DNA of 64,000 nucleotides from Coniocarpon cinnabarinum (taxonomy: Eukaryota): the NCBI GenBank assembly GCA_051942205.1, contig JAVECO010000017.1:1-64000 (forward strand). The letters are read 5' to 3'. The position numbers and the translations under genes were made by a program. Shown piece by piece: positions 13,201-25,208 of the stretch (the first letter of the stretch is position 1; each line of letters starts with the position of its first letter). The notes under the pieces are model-generated. The model saw only the letters and a program-made list of their open reading frames with translations. It was not told the DNA's origin and did not search any database.

Positions 13201-13718
13201 ATGATCCAGCTCAAGGTGTGGCGTCCGCCGCGGCTTGCCCAATGGTACCCGCGCTAACGCCCTCGGCAGACGATGCTGAATTGCATCGACAATTCGGGCG
13301 CCGCAATCGTCGAATGCGCCAAAGTGCTCAAAATGAAGCGTGCAGCCAAAATAGGCGAGTCTCGCAGGCTGTCGCTGATTCTCGAAGCTTTGCTGATCTT
13401 CGTTGCGCAGGCGACCGCATAGTTGTCGTCGTTCAAAAGCAGCGTTCTTTCGGTCCTGAGTCTGGTCCCAACGCCTCAGTCTCCATATCTGCCGCCAACA
13501 AAGTCAGGCGTGGGGACATTCGCCACGCGGTCGTCGTCAGAACTGCCAAGAAGTATCAACGACCCGACGGCAGCGTGGTCAAATTCGACGACAACGCCTG
13601 TGTGCTCATCAACAAGGCCGGCGACCCCATCGGTTCAAGATTAAATGGTATCGTGGGCCAGGAGCTGCGCCATAAGCAGTGGTCTAAAATTTTATCACTA
13701 GCACCAATGCATCTTTAA
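13201..13718 (+). CDS. MRPL38: Mitochondrial ribosomal protein uL14m (135 aa); exons 13201-13215, 13270-13354 and 13411-13718
   Basis: Spliced MIQLK|TMLNCIDNSGA...AAKIG|DRIVVVVQK...RPDGSVVKFDDNACVLINK...KILSLAP is the uL14 signature; the second intron has a GC donor. Confidence 0.95.
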
Positions 13719-14036
13719 AAGACATTGGAGTGTCATCACATTTGTGTTATCACAGACATTAGCGTTGGCGTTGGGGCAAGAAGAAGTTTACGTTCTAGAC
13801 ACTGAAATGAATTATTCTACTCGACACCTAAGTGGACTCGGGGCCATGTTGCCGGCGGTTCACAACTGTGAAGAAGACAGCGCTTCGTTCATGTGCAGAG
13901 CAGGTTTCGTCCACGTCATGCCCTATTATTACATTACTAATCTATTTCAAGATTCGCCTTGCGCAATCACCCTCACTGAAAGTAATCAGACCCATTTCGT
14001 CAGATGTTCGTAGTCTCATCCCACGTTGGACAAATC

Positions 14037-14819
14037 TCATTGCCAGACCTTACCGCAGTCGCAGCAAACGAAGTAGAGTTTCTGCATCAATCCATGAGCT
14101 TGGCATGAATACAGTTTGTATCACCGGATACTCACCATTCCTGTGTCTGCAGTTCGTTGCTGAGATTGAAAAAAGACGGCCGCTTGATTCTTGCATTGCG
14201 GGCACGTCTTATTCGATCGCGGCAACTAAACCACATGGCCGAATTAGCGAGTCTCTCGAAAGTGAAAGAACAGCGCCATATCAGCCAAACATCATCGCCC
14301 GGAGCCTTGAGTTGCTCCTCCCTTCATACGAAGGCTCTCCAAGCTCTCCGCGAGCTTTTCTTGCGCGGTCTGTGGCTGAGGAGAGTCGTTCTTTGGTGTT
14401 GACTTATCGTTCTCGTTGACTTCTAGACACAAATATCCGTCCTCTTGAGGCAGGCCGCACTCCTCGCAGAAGATCTCCTGACCACACATGGTGCACATGG
14501 GTGGAATGTCAGAGTCACTACATACCGTAGGATCTGATCCGACATCCTGTGTGATGCCAGCGGTCTCCCCAACTGCGTTGCTGAGTTCGTTGCGAAACAC
14601 GCACGAATTGTCTGCTCGCTCGCTCTCGTTACAATGCCTACACTCGAAGATAAGGCCACCGTCTTCGCGATCTTCGCCGGGATAGAGGAGGTTTGCACTG
14701 CTGCAATTAGCTGATCGAAAAGTGGAGATGTCTCGCCAGAGCGCTCACCAGTTCTTGCAAAACCTGAACTTGATCTTCGTTGCTTGGTCCTCGGTGGACT
14801 CGGCTTCATAGGAAGCCAT
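14037..14819 (-). CDS. RPB9: RNA polymerase II subunit Rpb9 (125 aa); exons 14819-14749, 14697-14526, 14225-14136 and 14081-14037
   Basis: Spliced product has FRFCKNCANLLYP...FECRHC...[19 protein letters not shown]...[23 protein letters not shown] (two zinc ribbons and the DPTLPR linker); exon lengths sum to 378 nt; tandem CAGCAG acceptor at intron 1. Confidence 0.96.
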
Positions 14820-15257
14820 GTCTCAAATAAGGTCTTTTGATTCTTGACGCACTCGATGACGTGCTGCGATGCGCGAGTGTGATGTGCAAGCGTTCAGGTG
14901 ATTTAAGTTGCGTGGTGTTGCGCGAGTACTTATGTAGGAAGGTAACTTGTACAGAGTTAACAAACGAGATTCATTGTCTCAGGTAGCGTGTTGGGAGGTA
15001 GAGCCAGAGGCAGTCGGGCAGGGTTCTGAAGCATTGTGCAATTGTTGCTGTGCCGACCACGAAGATCTCCCCCACGTATAACCCGCGAACATTGGGACTA
15101 GGGAAAGGAGGCTGCAACATATGAGAAAGGTGGTTAGATCAACATTCAGCAGCAGAAGCACAAAGACTGCGAGAGTCGCTTTTGACTACCTGATCCCGGG
15201 TCTGCAATAGCCTATGAGGTCATTGCAAGAACAGCGTGATCGCTTTCAATAGACAGC

Positions 15258-15987
15258 ATGGTAAGATTCGTTGTACTTCTGCAAATGAATCTCAGCGGAA
15301 TGTCACCGCTAAGAAGCTGTAGACTGACACAGGTCTCCCCGAGAGCTGGGAGGTGCGGCATTCCAAATCCAAGAACCTCCCGTATTACTTCAATGCCTCA
15401 ACCAAAGAGTCAAGATGGGAACCACCCATTGGCTCAGACTCGGAGAAGCTGAAAACCTACATGGCCACGTACCACTCAAGCGCACCACCGACGTCGACGA
15501 GCGTTGATGGAAGTATGGATGGCTCAGGCAATGGAGGCAAGATTCGCGCTGCACATTTGCTGGTGAAGCATCGTGACAGCCGACGGCCGTCGAGTTGGCG
15601 TGAGGCGGACATCACGCGCTCGAAAGAAGAGGCCATGGAGATCATCGAGAATTACAAAGCGAGAATCGAGAGGGATGAGGTGAATCTGCAAGACTTGGCA
15701 ACGAGCGAGAGTGATTGCCCAAGTGCCAGGAAGAGGGGTGACCTGTACGTCCTGTCCCTGGTTGACGCGTGGGGACTTTCGAGACGCTGACATTGTACAA
15801 GCGGATATTTCGGTAAGGGTGACATGCAAAAGGAGTTCGAGGAAGCCGCCTTCAATTTGCAACCCGGCGAGATGAGTGACGTGGTTACCACAGCATCTGG
15901 GCTGCACCTGATCAAACGGTATACCTTCAAGGTTCAATGACATGCCCAATGGGACGTGGCTGACTTGTTGTCAACAGATTGGACTAG
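15258..15987 (+). CDS. ESS1: Parvulin peptidyl-prolyl isomerase Ess1/Pin1; exons 15258-15260, 15323-15744, 15802-15918 and 15978-15987
   Basis: WW domain (TGLPESWEVRHSKSKNLPYYFN..SRWEPP) plus parvulin domain (HLLVKHRDSRRPSSW, SDCPSARKRGDL|GYFGKGDMQKEFEEAAF, SGLHLI); three GT-AG introns in correct phase. Confidence 0.96.
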
Positions 15988-17029
15988 TACTCGGTCGGTT
16001 TGATAGGGATATACAAATCATCCAAAAAACCCCTTCCACTGATATAGCAGCACCCTCACGATAAGCGCTTGCTCCACTACGGTTCGAAATACTCGAAACG
16101 CGAGCCCCGGAAGGAAATTGTCTCGAATGTTCGACTCAAGAACATTCATTTATGTTGTCTAGGGTCTCAGGAGACACATCTGAATCAATGCTGCGATCGA
16201 GCGTGAGTAAGCATATAGCATGGCAAACAGCATACCTTCGCCTGAGTGTAAGTGAACCTTGGGTTGAACTTCGGGCACGTCTATGAAGGTTACGAGCTGT
16301 CATGGACCCATGCCAATCCCTGGTAGCCTTCACGTATAACGCAGCTTTCCAAAGGCATTGTCTGTCGCAATGCCGCCTAGCAACGAATCAATGGGACGAG
16401 TTACGTCTCTCCTAACAGCCTTTTCTCCTCGTGTCCATCTCTTGTCTCACTTGACCAGCTTTGGTTTGAGTGTTCATACCTGAAAAATCATCAAGATTGG
16501 AAAACATCGCGCGTGCTCTCGGCTCTAGACGGGCAAGGGCCACCCATAAAAGTCGTTGCCGGATATCAGTCCAGGCGACGAGCTCGTGACATAGGGAGGA
16601 TTTGGGCGAAAAGCTATGGAAACAACCGCGAAAGCCCAATGAGCCTCATAAGTTGCTGAATTAGAATGCGGCAAGTGCTTTACTACTGCGCCCTTGTGGT
16701 CCGATTATGTGCGGTCTTCGTGCAGAATGTCCTTAGTCAAAAGGGTGAGGTAGCGGTGCAATCGCAAGCAGGGTCATTGCCACCGTTCAAGTTGACAAAG
16801 CTTTACATGTTTGTGAAAATGACCATCGACATAGATGTTATAGCAGCGACTTCTAAGCTGTCAGAGTTAGAGCCATGCCTTATGCGCATGAAATGGTTAA
16901 TGGCTCCAATAAGATAAATATCTCAAACTTCAAGAGTGATTACCGAGCATATTTGCGTAGGGGAACTGGGAACAAGGCTTTTGCCCAATGCTTTTAGGAA
17001 CCTCGTAGATTTTTGGGAAAACAATTGGG

Positions 17030-18285
17030 CTATTTAGCATAGAACGCAGTATCGTCGTAACTCACGTCAGCTGGCGTACGGAGGCTGTCTGAAACCCCGT
17101 GGCGGGCTTTACTGTTCTCACTAAATTCGTCATCGCTCCAAGCATCATCCTTGTCGAACTCCTCATCATCTGACGCCGCACCTTTCCTATATCTATATGC
17201 GTCGTCATCAAATTCGTCTTCGAAATCCAACTCATCCTCAGGGTAATCTGCGCCATAATAATTTTCAGCTAAAACTATTAGCGGTGAACATCCTTTCGGC
17301 ACTACGAAAGCTGAATTCTTACCATTCTCATCATCCTGTTCGCTGTCCCAGTCTTCACTTTCGTAATCAGCGTCGGCGTAAATCTCTAGTAATTCCTGAT
17401 CCCCGTCCTCGAGGATGAGATAGCCGACACGGTCAAGATCAGATTGCACTACACTGGTGTCGGGCGCTGACGAGTCTGCGCTGAAGCGCAGGAACGTATC
17501 GTAGACGTAGTCACCATCCTCGGCTTCCTGCATGGTCGCGTCATTGAACGAATCGTCTAGCTCCTTGGCCATGCCGTTTGTTGGAGCAACTGAAATAACA
17601 TTTGTGTCTTCGTTTTCTGCAGCGTATCGAAGCATTGCTGCTTCTATACGGGGGTCTATCGCGCCATTTTGCTGGTTAGAGACCTTGCGCTCATCTTTCT
17701 TCGGTAACCGACTTGCTGCACCAGGCCTTTTCAGAATCGCATCTCCTCCCACTCCAGCATTATCTGATGGTTGCACAGCCGATCTGTCAGGCGCTGTCTT
17801 GAGCTTGCGTGCACGACCCTCGACTAAAACAGCGACATCGCTCTCCTGTTCCCCGCGCTCCTTTCTCTTTCTACTGGCTTTGGCGACACTCGGTCGCGAG
17901 AGATGGAATTGGCGTCGTGCTTTCTCCGTCACACCTTTAACATCATTCTTGACAACCGCTTCCGTGTCTTGCTCGCTCTGCTTCGTGGACACGGTCTTTG
18001 AATCTTTCGATATCTTCTCGTCTCCAGGTCGTGTTGCGAGGATCTTAGGTATGATGGAAGCTTGCTGCACAAAGGTATTCTCTTGAGCTTGTCGGCGGAA
18101 CACATAGTCTTTGTAGAGAGTTTGTCTCTTCGAGGCTACATCATCGCCAGAGGACTCGATATCTAAACAAACATTAGAGCGGAGTTTGTCGGAGTATGTC
18201 TTTTGAGGATGCAATTACAAAGAGAATCCACCGGCTCGTCAGTACGCTTGCGCTTTATGCGCAGGACTTCTGGAGGTACTGTCAT
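17030..18285 (-). CDS. IWR1: RNA polymerase II nuclear import factor Iwr1; exons 18285-18219, 18162-17323 and 17268-17030
   Basis: N-terminal PPEVLRIKRKRTDEP; C-terminal Iwr1 motifs DYVYDTF and acidic DDEN|AENYYGADYPEDE, restored by removing an in-frame 54-nt intron. Confidence 0.85.
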
Positions 18286-18541
18286 ACCGACAATTGAAGG
18301 GGTTTAAAAGGGCAAGGAGGATGAACGTAATCCTTGACGGTGGTTGTCGAAGTTGTTAAACAAAGACTGCCAAGAATTGAGTCGCGACATGTGAAATACA
18401 GTAGATCATCTGCCTTTGCTTCACATCCGCATCTTCCACACACTTTTCATTCAGCCGAACTCTGGAAAATTAAAGGAGCTCGAGCGTGTTCAGGTCATTT
18501 CCTCGAGGCATGAATAACATCAAACCCTAGACTATCGATGA

Positions 18542-20621
18542 ATGTCCATCTTCTACAATCCCGATCCTGCAGCGCTAGTGGGTGCCCCAGCTAATGTTTC
18601 AGTCCTGGTAAGTACCAAGGATTATTTGCCAGCTTTTGATGTGCTCTTAAACTTATCAAATTTAGTCACAACGTGATGCAGGCCTTCAGATACCCATCAA
18701 TTTCGTCAAAGGCGCTAGCGTAAGCCTCACCGCAGCATGCTTTGGTCATAACGTTTTCGAAGCGGAGGCGGCGGCAAGATGCATATCAAACCTGTTCGCG
18801 GTCGGCTTCAAACGATTCTATCTTGATCTCTACTGGGACCCTGGTCATTTGTATTGGAGCCTGTGCCCGGCACAGCTTCCTCTGCCGAATGCGACAGCTC
18901 AGCCAACTATCACTACTACATCCTCCGAATCGTCGCCGGATGCACTCGGTACGGCGCAGTTCCAAACTGCTGATAATGACTCTCCCACTGCCGCTCCACA
19001 GTCAGACAGCGAGGAAGATGGCGACGCGGTATCGCAAATGCAGCACTTGTATCGACGGCAGAGTCAAATAGCAAGTACAAGTTCCGGTCGACGGCCACCT
19101 GCTACCACGGCACAAGACAGAGCCGTAGAAACATCAAGTCCTCGTCCAATCGCTACAAATGCTATTCCAGGTCTCGAACTGTATCAGGTCGGGCCTTACT
19201 CCTGCAACAGCTACGCGAACGCTTCCACCTTCCTGGCAATATTGGGAGGCTTTCTCGAAGCTACGGACAATACTCTCCAAGCGGGTATCGGACAAGTACT
19301 GTTCAATCTGCACGTGGCCAGCTCACCTGATGAGCCAACTGCGCCAGCGGTTCGCCCAGCGGACAAATTGCTCCCCAATAGCGACAACCTTATTGGCTCC
19401 ATCGCAGGTTCTAATTTTTCGAACTTGCTCTATGCTCCCGGGTCTCTCTTCGCACAAAGAGAGAACCTCAATGCATCGTGGTCCGCAGCCCCGCCGCAAG
19501 ACGCGCCCGACGACTCATACTTTAAGAATACTACAATTGGAGGGCGCGCTTCAGTATCTGTGGATGGCTGGCCAAGTGAGGGGTTCCTCGAATTCTTCAA
19601 GCACTACCGAGTTCTCTTCGGATACGCCAACATCGACCCACAACTTTCTGATTATGATGTGAGAGGAGATGGGGATTATGTCTTTGCCCCTGGCTTTCTT
19701 GACGATGAGCTTGAATCGACAATTGCAGCGAACGGCTCCATATCTTCTGGCTGCATATACAACCCGGCATCCCCATACTTGAGCTTTGCCAACTCATCGT
19801 GGGCATACACCTCGCTTGACTCAGCGGGTATGGCGACTTCGCCAGTGTCCATCTCAAACGCCGCGCGCAACGTGACATACCTCGCCGCAAACTCGCTCGC
19901 AGACTGCGGCATCATCCCCGTTCTAAACGCCACACTCTCAAATACCACCGCTGACAAGGATCCACAACCCTACCTCGCCTACGCCTTCAGCACAGTGTGG
20001 TCTTGGGCCCCGAATGAACCCCTCAACGACGCGCTCGCATCCCAAAATGGCTCCTCCACCGACTTCCGCTGTGCTTATCTCAATGCCTCCGTCAACGCTC
20101 CGCCCAACGAAGGTCGCTGGCACGTCACCTCCTGCCAAAGCAACTTTTATCCCGCCTGTCGTGCCCTTGATAATCCCTACGCCTGGTCGATCAGTCCCCA
20201 CCGCGACAGCTATACCGACGTCGCTGACAACTGCCCTGATAACTCCTCTTTCGCAGTCCCCCGCACCGCCCTCGAAAACCGGTACCTGTTATCAGCCGCT
20301 CAGTCCTTTTTCCAAGACCGCGCCCGTACCTCCAATGACGACGACGTCGACCACGACGGAGCCGGCGCAGACGCTGTTTGGATTAACTTCAACTCTATCG
20401 ACGTTGAGACCTGTTGGGTCACGGGCGTAGACACCGGATGTCCGTACACCCCTACAGCGGGTCAGAACCAAGGCCAAGTCGTGGTCCCCATTGTTGCTGC
20501 CTTTGCGATTATTTTGTTGGCGCTGCTGACGATTTTGGCGAAGTGTGGGGCTAATCGGCGGAAGTCGAGGAAGAGGCGACGCGTTAAGGAGGGATTGGAG
20601 TATGAGGGGGTGCCCAGTTAA
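18542..20621 (+). CDS. MTC6: Mtc6-like single-pass membrane glycoprotein; exons 18542-18607 and 18666-20621
   Basis: SQRDAGLQIPINF start of exon 2, RFYLDLYW, WSWAPNEP, Cys-rich lectin-like region (FAVPRTALEN, VWINFNSIDVETCWVTG), TM helix and basic tail ending YEGVPS. Confidence 0.78.
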
Positions 20622-21143
20622 ATGGGCAAGGTTGGGTTTCGATGTGAATATTGGATTCATGTGGATATGTGAACACGTGCAAATTTGGACATAAATAGAT
20701 TGATATGGAATTGGGGACACTTTCTGGTTGGTGTATAAATGTCATACATATCTGGATTCGCCCTTTGAGCGGACCCTCCACCCATGAAGACCACCCCGTT
20801 TCTCAGTACAAAGATTTTAACTCGGAGGATTTTTGCCAATTGTCTGTGAATTCATAACGGATTTATAAGGCGTCTTGTTGCACAATATTACAGCACGCAA
20901 TCACAAAGAGTAACAGCAATGGGTCAACAGCAAAAACAAGACAGAGATCAAGTCAAGTATCTTGCGTCTTGATACAACGCTCAACTCTTGCATCCACTTG
21001 AATAGCACTCCTATGAACTACAGTGCCCCTCACTCCCGTCCTCTCAACCTCGCTCATCCCTACGCCCACTCACATCGACGCATCCACATCCACATCCCAC
21101 ACACAAACCCCACATCTCCCATCCGTGGACCCACAACAATCCA

Positions 21144-21864
<721 letters not shown>

Positions 21865-22384
21865 CTTGGGCAATCTTGCGATGCAACGGACTTGATTTAA
21901 AGAGGGATTGAAGACGCGGTGGAGTTTTGAGGTTACGTAGATGGTAGGTGGAGGGCTGGATTACGTAAGGATCTGCAACGTGAAGTGCATCCGCTGCAAG
22001 AAACGTGACACCCTGAATTGTTGCCAAGCATGTGTAGGAAAGCGAGCGCCATATTCCTCAATTAAGTATCAGTGCAATAGTGTGGCTGCATCAGAAAGTC
22101 TAATCACTTTTGCATATGCAACTCATAGATCTGATGTAGAAGTGTTGGGAAGTAGACAATGAGATTTAAGCAGGAAAAGCGCTCATGCAACGGAAATTGG
22201 CTCATGCGAGCAATGCACGTTGATGCAAATCTATGTGATACAGTGACCCCAAGCCTCAAAATGTGTCCCCAAATGAAATGTATGCCGTCAGTAGCTGACC
22301 AGATGTTGCTTTTCGAATCCACCCAAGACCGTCAAGGCCTGTTTACCGTCCACCGACACGGGCGAAGTTAGCTCCCCCAGGGAT

Positions 22385-23329
22385 TTAAACACGGGGAATA
22401 GCACCAGCACCAGAACCAGCGCCACCGGCACCGGCACCATGACCTTCGTGACCACCACCAGCACCGCCAAATCCACCAGCAGCAAACCCACCACCAGCAA
22501 TGAAACCACCACCGTTACCAGCACCACCAGCATGCGCGCCGCCTGAGCCAGCACCGCCAGCACCGCCACCGACACCGGCACCGGGAACATGCGGCGGGGC
22601 AGCACCGATACCGTGACCGTGGTGGCCGCCAAGGCCGGCAAAACCACCGGGGCGCGGAGTGGGGGTGCCAGCCGCGCGAGCATGGAGCGCGGTAGGGGCA
22701 GGAAGACCACTGAGACCACCGAGACCGCCAGCAGCACCGGGAGTGGGAAGACCACCGAAACCACCAGCACCAGGAGTGGGAGTTGGAAGACCGCCGTGGG
22801 CTCCGCCATGGGCTCCACCGTGGGCGCCGCCAAAGCCCGGGAATTGAGGGTTGCGCTTCTCGTGTTTTACGGCGGTGATTTCCTCAGAGGCCGCACGGGG
22901 GCTGAGCAACCAGCGTGGGAGGATCTTGTTGATGAACGAAGGAATGCCGGGAGCGGCATCTGAGACGGCATGGTGGTGGTGGTAGGCGTTGGGAGTGGGA
23001 GTGGGAGTAAATGGCGAATTGAAGAGGGGCGTGGGCTGGTAGTGAACGCGAAGCGCTGGTGCTCCTGGGAAGACTGGGTCGCCAGAGCGTCGAGTAAGGA
23101 ATTGCGGCTCGGCATCGGGAATGCGAGAAATTTGTGGCGCTGGAGCACCTGGAGCTGGTGGAGCAGCTGGCGCAGCTGGAGCAGCAGGAGCAGCAGGAGC
23201 AGCAGGGGCGGCGGGCGCAGATGGCGCAGCTGGAGCTGGAGGTGCTGGAGGTGCTGCCGGTGCTTGGGCTGCTGGGGCAGCAGAGACGGCGGCAATGAGC
23301 GCCGTAGCGATGATGGCGGTGCGGACCAT
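22385..23329 (-). CDS. Secreted Ala/Pro/Gly/His-rich low-complexity protein (314 aa), possibly Kex2-processed
   Basis: Signal-peptide-like MVRTAIIATALIAAVSAAP with ACAATG start context, (PAA)n tract, basic sites LTRR and HEKR, GGAH x3 and a Gly-rich tail; single open frame. Confidence 0.8.
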   Translation of the reverse strand: MVRTAIIATALIAAVSAAPAAQAPAAPPAPPAPAAPSAPAAPAAPAAPAAPAAPAAPPAPGAPAPQISRIPDAEPQFLTRRSGDPVFPGAPALRVHYQPTPLFNSPFTPTPTPNAYHHHHAVSDAAPGIPSFINKILPRWLLSPRAASEEITAVKHEKRNPQFPGFGGAHGGAHGGAHGGLPTPTPGAGGFGGLPTPGAAGGLGGLSGLPAPTALHARAAGTPTPRPGGFAGLGGHHGHGIGAAPPHVPGAGVGGGAGGAGSGGAHAGGAGNGGGFIAGGGFAAGGFGGAGGGHEGHGAGAGGAGSGAGAIPRV

Positions 23330-25208
23330 TGTCGTTGATGATTGCACAGACTTCGATCGGGGTTCAAAAAAGAGGGTTGGCTCGTTATGTGGTCGTTGGC
23401 GTTTTGATGTGAGATGCAATGAGTGGATTGTACCTGGTCAACAGGTGAAATGAATGACAGTTGGTTGAGGAATGTGGTCGAGTCGTCGAGACTGTGGTTG
23501 TAGGAAACACTGAATCCTTAGAGTGAGAAGAAGAAAAGGAGGAAAAGAAGAGAGACGGAAGACTTTATGTATGCATGTATACGTTACGATCTTCACCTTG
23601 ATGGGTGCCAGGAGAGGGCCCGGCAAGAACGCTGTAACGAGCAAGTCTCGGCGATGGGAGCTTGACGAAGCACATGCAGGGGAGAGCGTGGGCGAATGTA
23701 CGCGGCATGAATCGCATGAGCGGTTGTGTAGCTGGGTCCAGCGTTTTCGCAGCGTGGCCATGGACATGCTTTATCCTAGTTCGTCCGTTGGCCCTGGCGA
23801 TGAAACAGTGACTTCTGGAGTGACAGCAGCGGCTGTTGGGAAGTCTTGAGCGGAGCAGAGCTGTTCTTGCGTAGACGGCGGTACTTCCCTGACGGTGTTT
23901 CACACCTACTCACCAGCTTGTTCTGGAAGCTGTCAGCTATCCTAACACTCGACACCGTCGACCGTTGAGCCGATGAATACTGGTCAGGGCCAGGATGTCA
24001 ATGGAAGAAGCCTCAGGAACACGAAGCTCGCGACTAGCAGAAAGCTTGGCAGAACAGCCGTCAGCGGGTGGCGGCGACATGACTACCACAGGTTCCTTGA
24101 TAGGACAATCTCACATGTATTTGCTCCGATTGGCGTGGGGAAGCGCGAGCGAGACGTGACGGTGGCTGCCATTGGGGGGCTTCAGATGGCCCTTCTGAGT
24201 GGCACGCCGCCTTGCCTTCTAGCTTTCCCGGCCAGATGCACATCATTCGCGTCACCGTTTCAAGGCGTCGCATCAAGCTTGGTGAGTCTCAACGCAAGGT
24301 GTACGCCGGCTGTTGCGCGTCGAACCGCGTACACAGACTCTCCAGTCACGATCAGGAAGACATGTCACCCCGACCGACTGGCGTGCGGAAGGATGCAACG
24401 ATCTGCGTCGCGCCCCTTGCGCGCTTGCGGCACTCAAGGGACGTGCACACTGTCCTTCCTTGAGGGCGGCACATTGAACAATCGACTGGGTATCTGTAAA
24501 TACACTCCAGAAGTGGCCGCAGGACGGAAACTCCGCCTGCAGCTTGCGTGTCGATGCGTCGTAGCTTCATGAGCACGAATCTCTGTGCGGGCGAGGGCAC
24601 AGCAGTGGGCATGCTCAAACACAGATTCTCGAAAACACTGTCGTGCAGGCCTCGAGGTGTCTGTGTTGCACGACGCTCAATGTGGAAAGTCGTATTTCAT
24701 CCCCTGAGGCGCGCTCAACAACCTTCATGCAGTCGAGGCACCTGCGGCACCGCGTCCTACCCTCTCTCCACAATGCTACAAGAAGGTCAGAACTGCTCCC
24801 ACAGAGTCAGGTGCTGCAGTGTCAAGTCTCACATGCGATTTCCCAGCGCTTCGTGACACACTCGAGTTCGCCCGACTTCTCCATCCCTTCAACCATGCGA
24901 TCAGCGTGAATTATAGCCCATGTCGCCCGGTCAATTCACTGCCGGGACATTTCCCGGCCATGCATTCTTGCTGCATGGAGATTGCACTCACGCATCGTCA
25001 TCTATTAGATCGATTTTGACCAGGGCGGCGAGGCTGTCAACGAAATCAACGTTCTTGGCGGGTGGTGCCACGTCGATGTGTCGTGTAATTGTCTCATCTG
25101 AGCAGAGGTGCAATGCTCCCTGGACCTGGCGCTCCGCATCATCTGGACTTCAATAGCGCTGCTGATGCTTCTCTACGTCAACTCGAAGGTTTGGGTGTGC
25201 AGTCTTCG

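Noticed and set aside
13002..13410. N-terminal part of the 238-aa ORF 13002..13718
   Set aside because: Only the last exon is uL14m; the true start is the ATG at 13201, joined by two introns
16081..16092. GGTTCGAAAT, resembling a tRNA T-loop or B-box
   Set aside because: No cloverleaf stems or upstream A-box could be built
22288..23453. Alternative-frame and antisense ORFs over the Gly/Pro-rich gene
   Set aside because: Expected from GC-rich repetitive codons; only the 23329 frame has a signal peptide and coherent modules
23438..25200. Cluster of overlapping short ORFs, including the 199-aa 23973..24572
   Set aside because: No family motif or coding-like composition; most likely the regulatory region of the secreted protein gene
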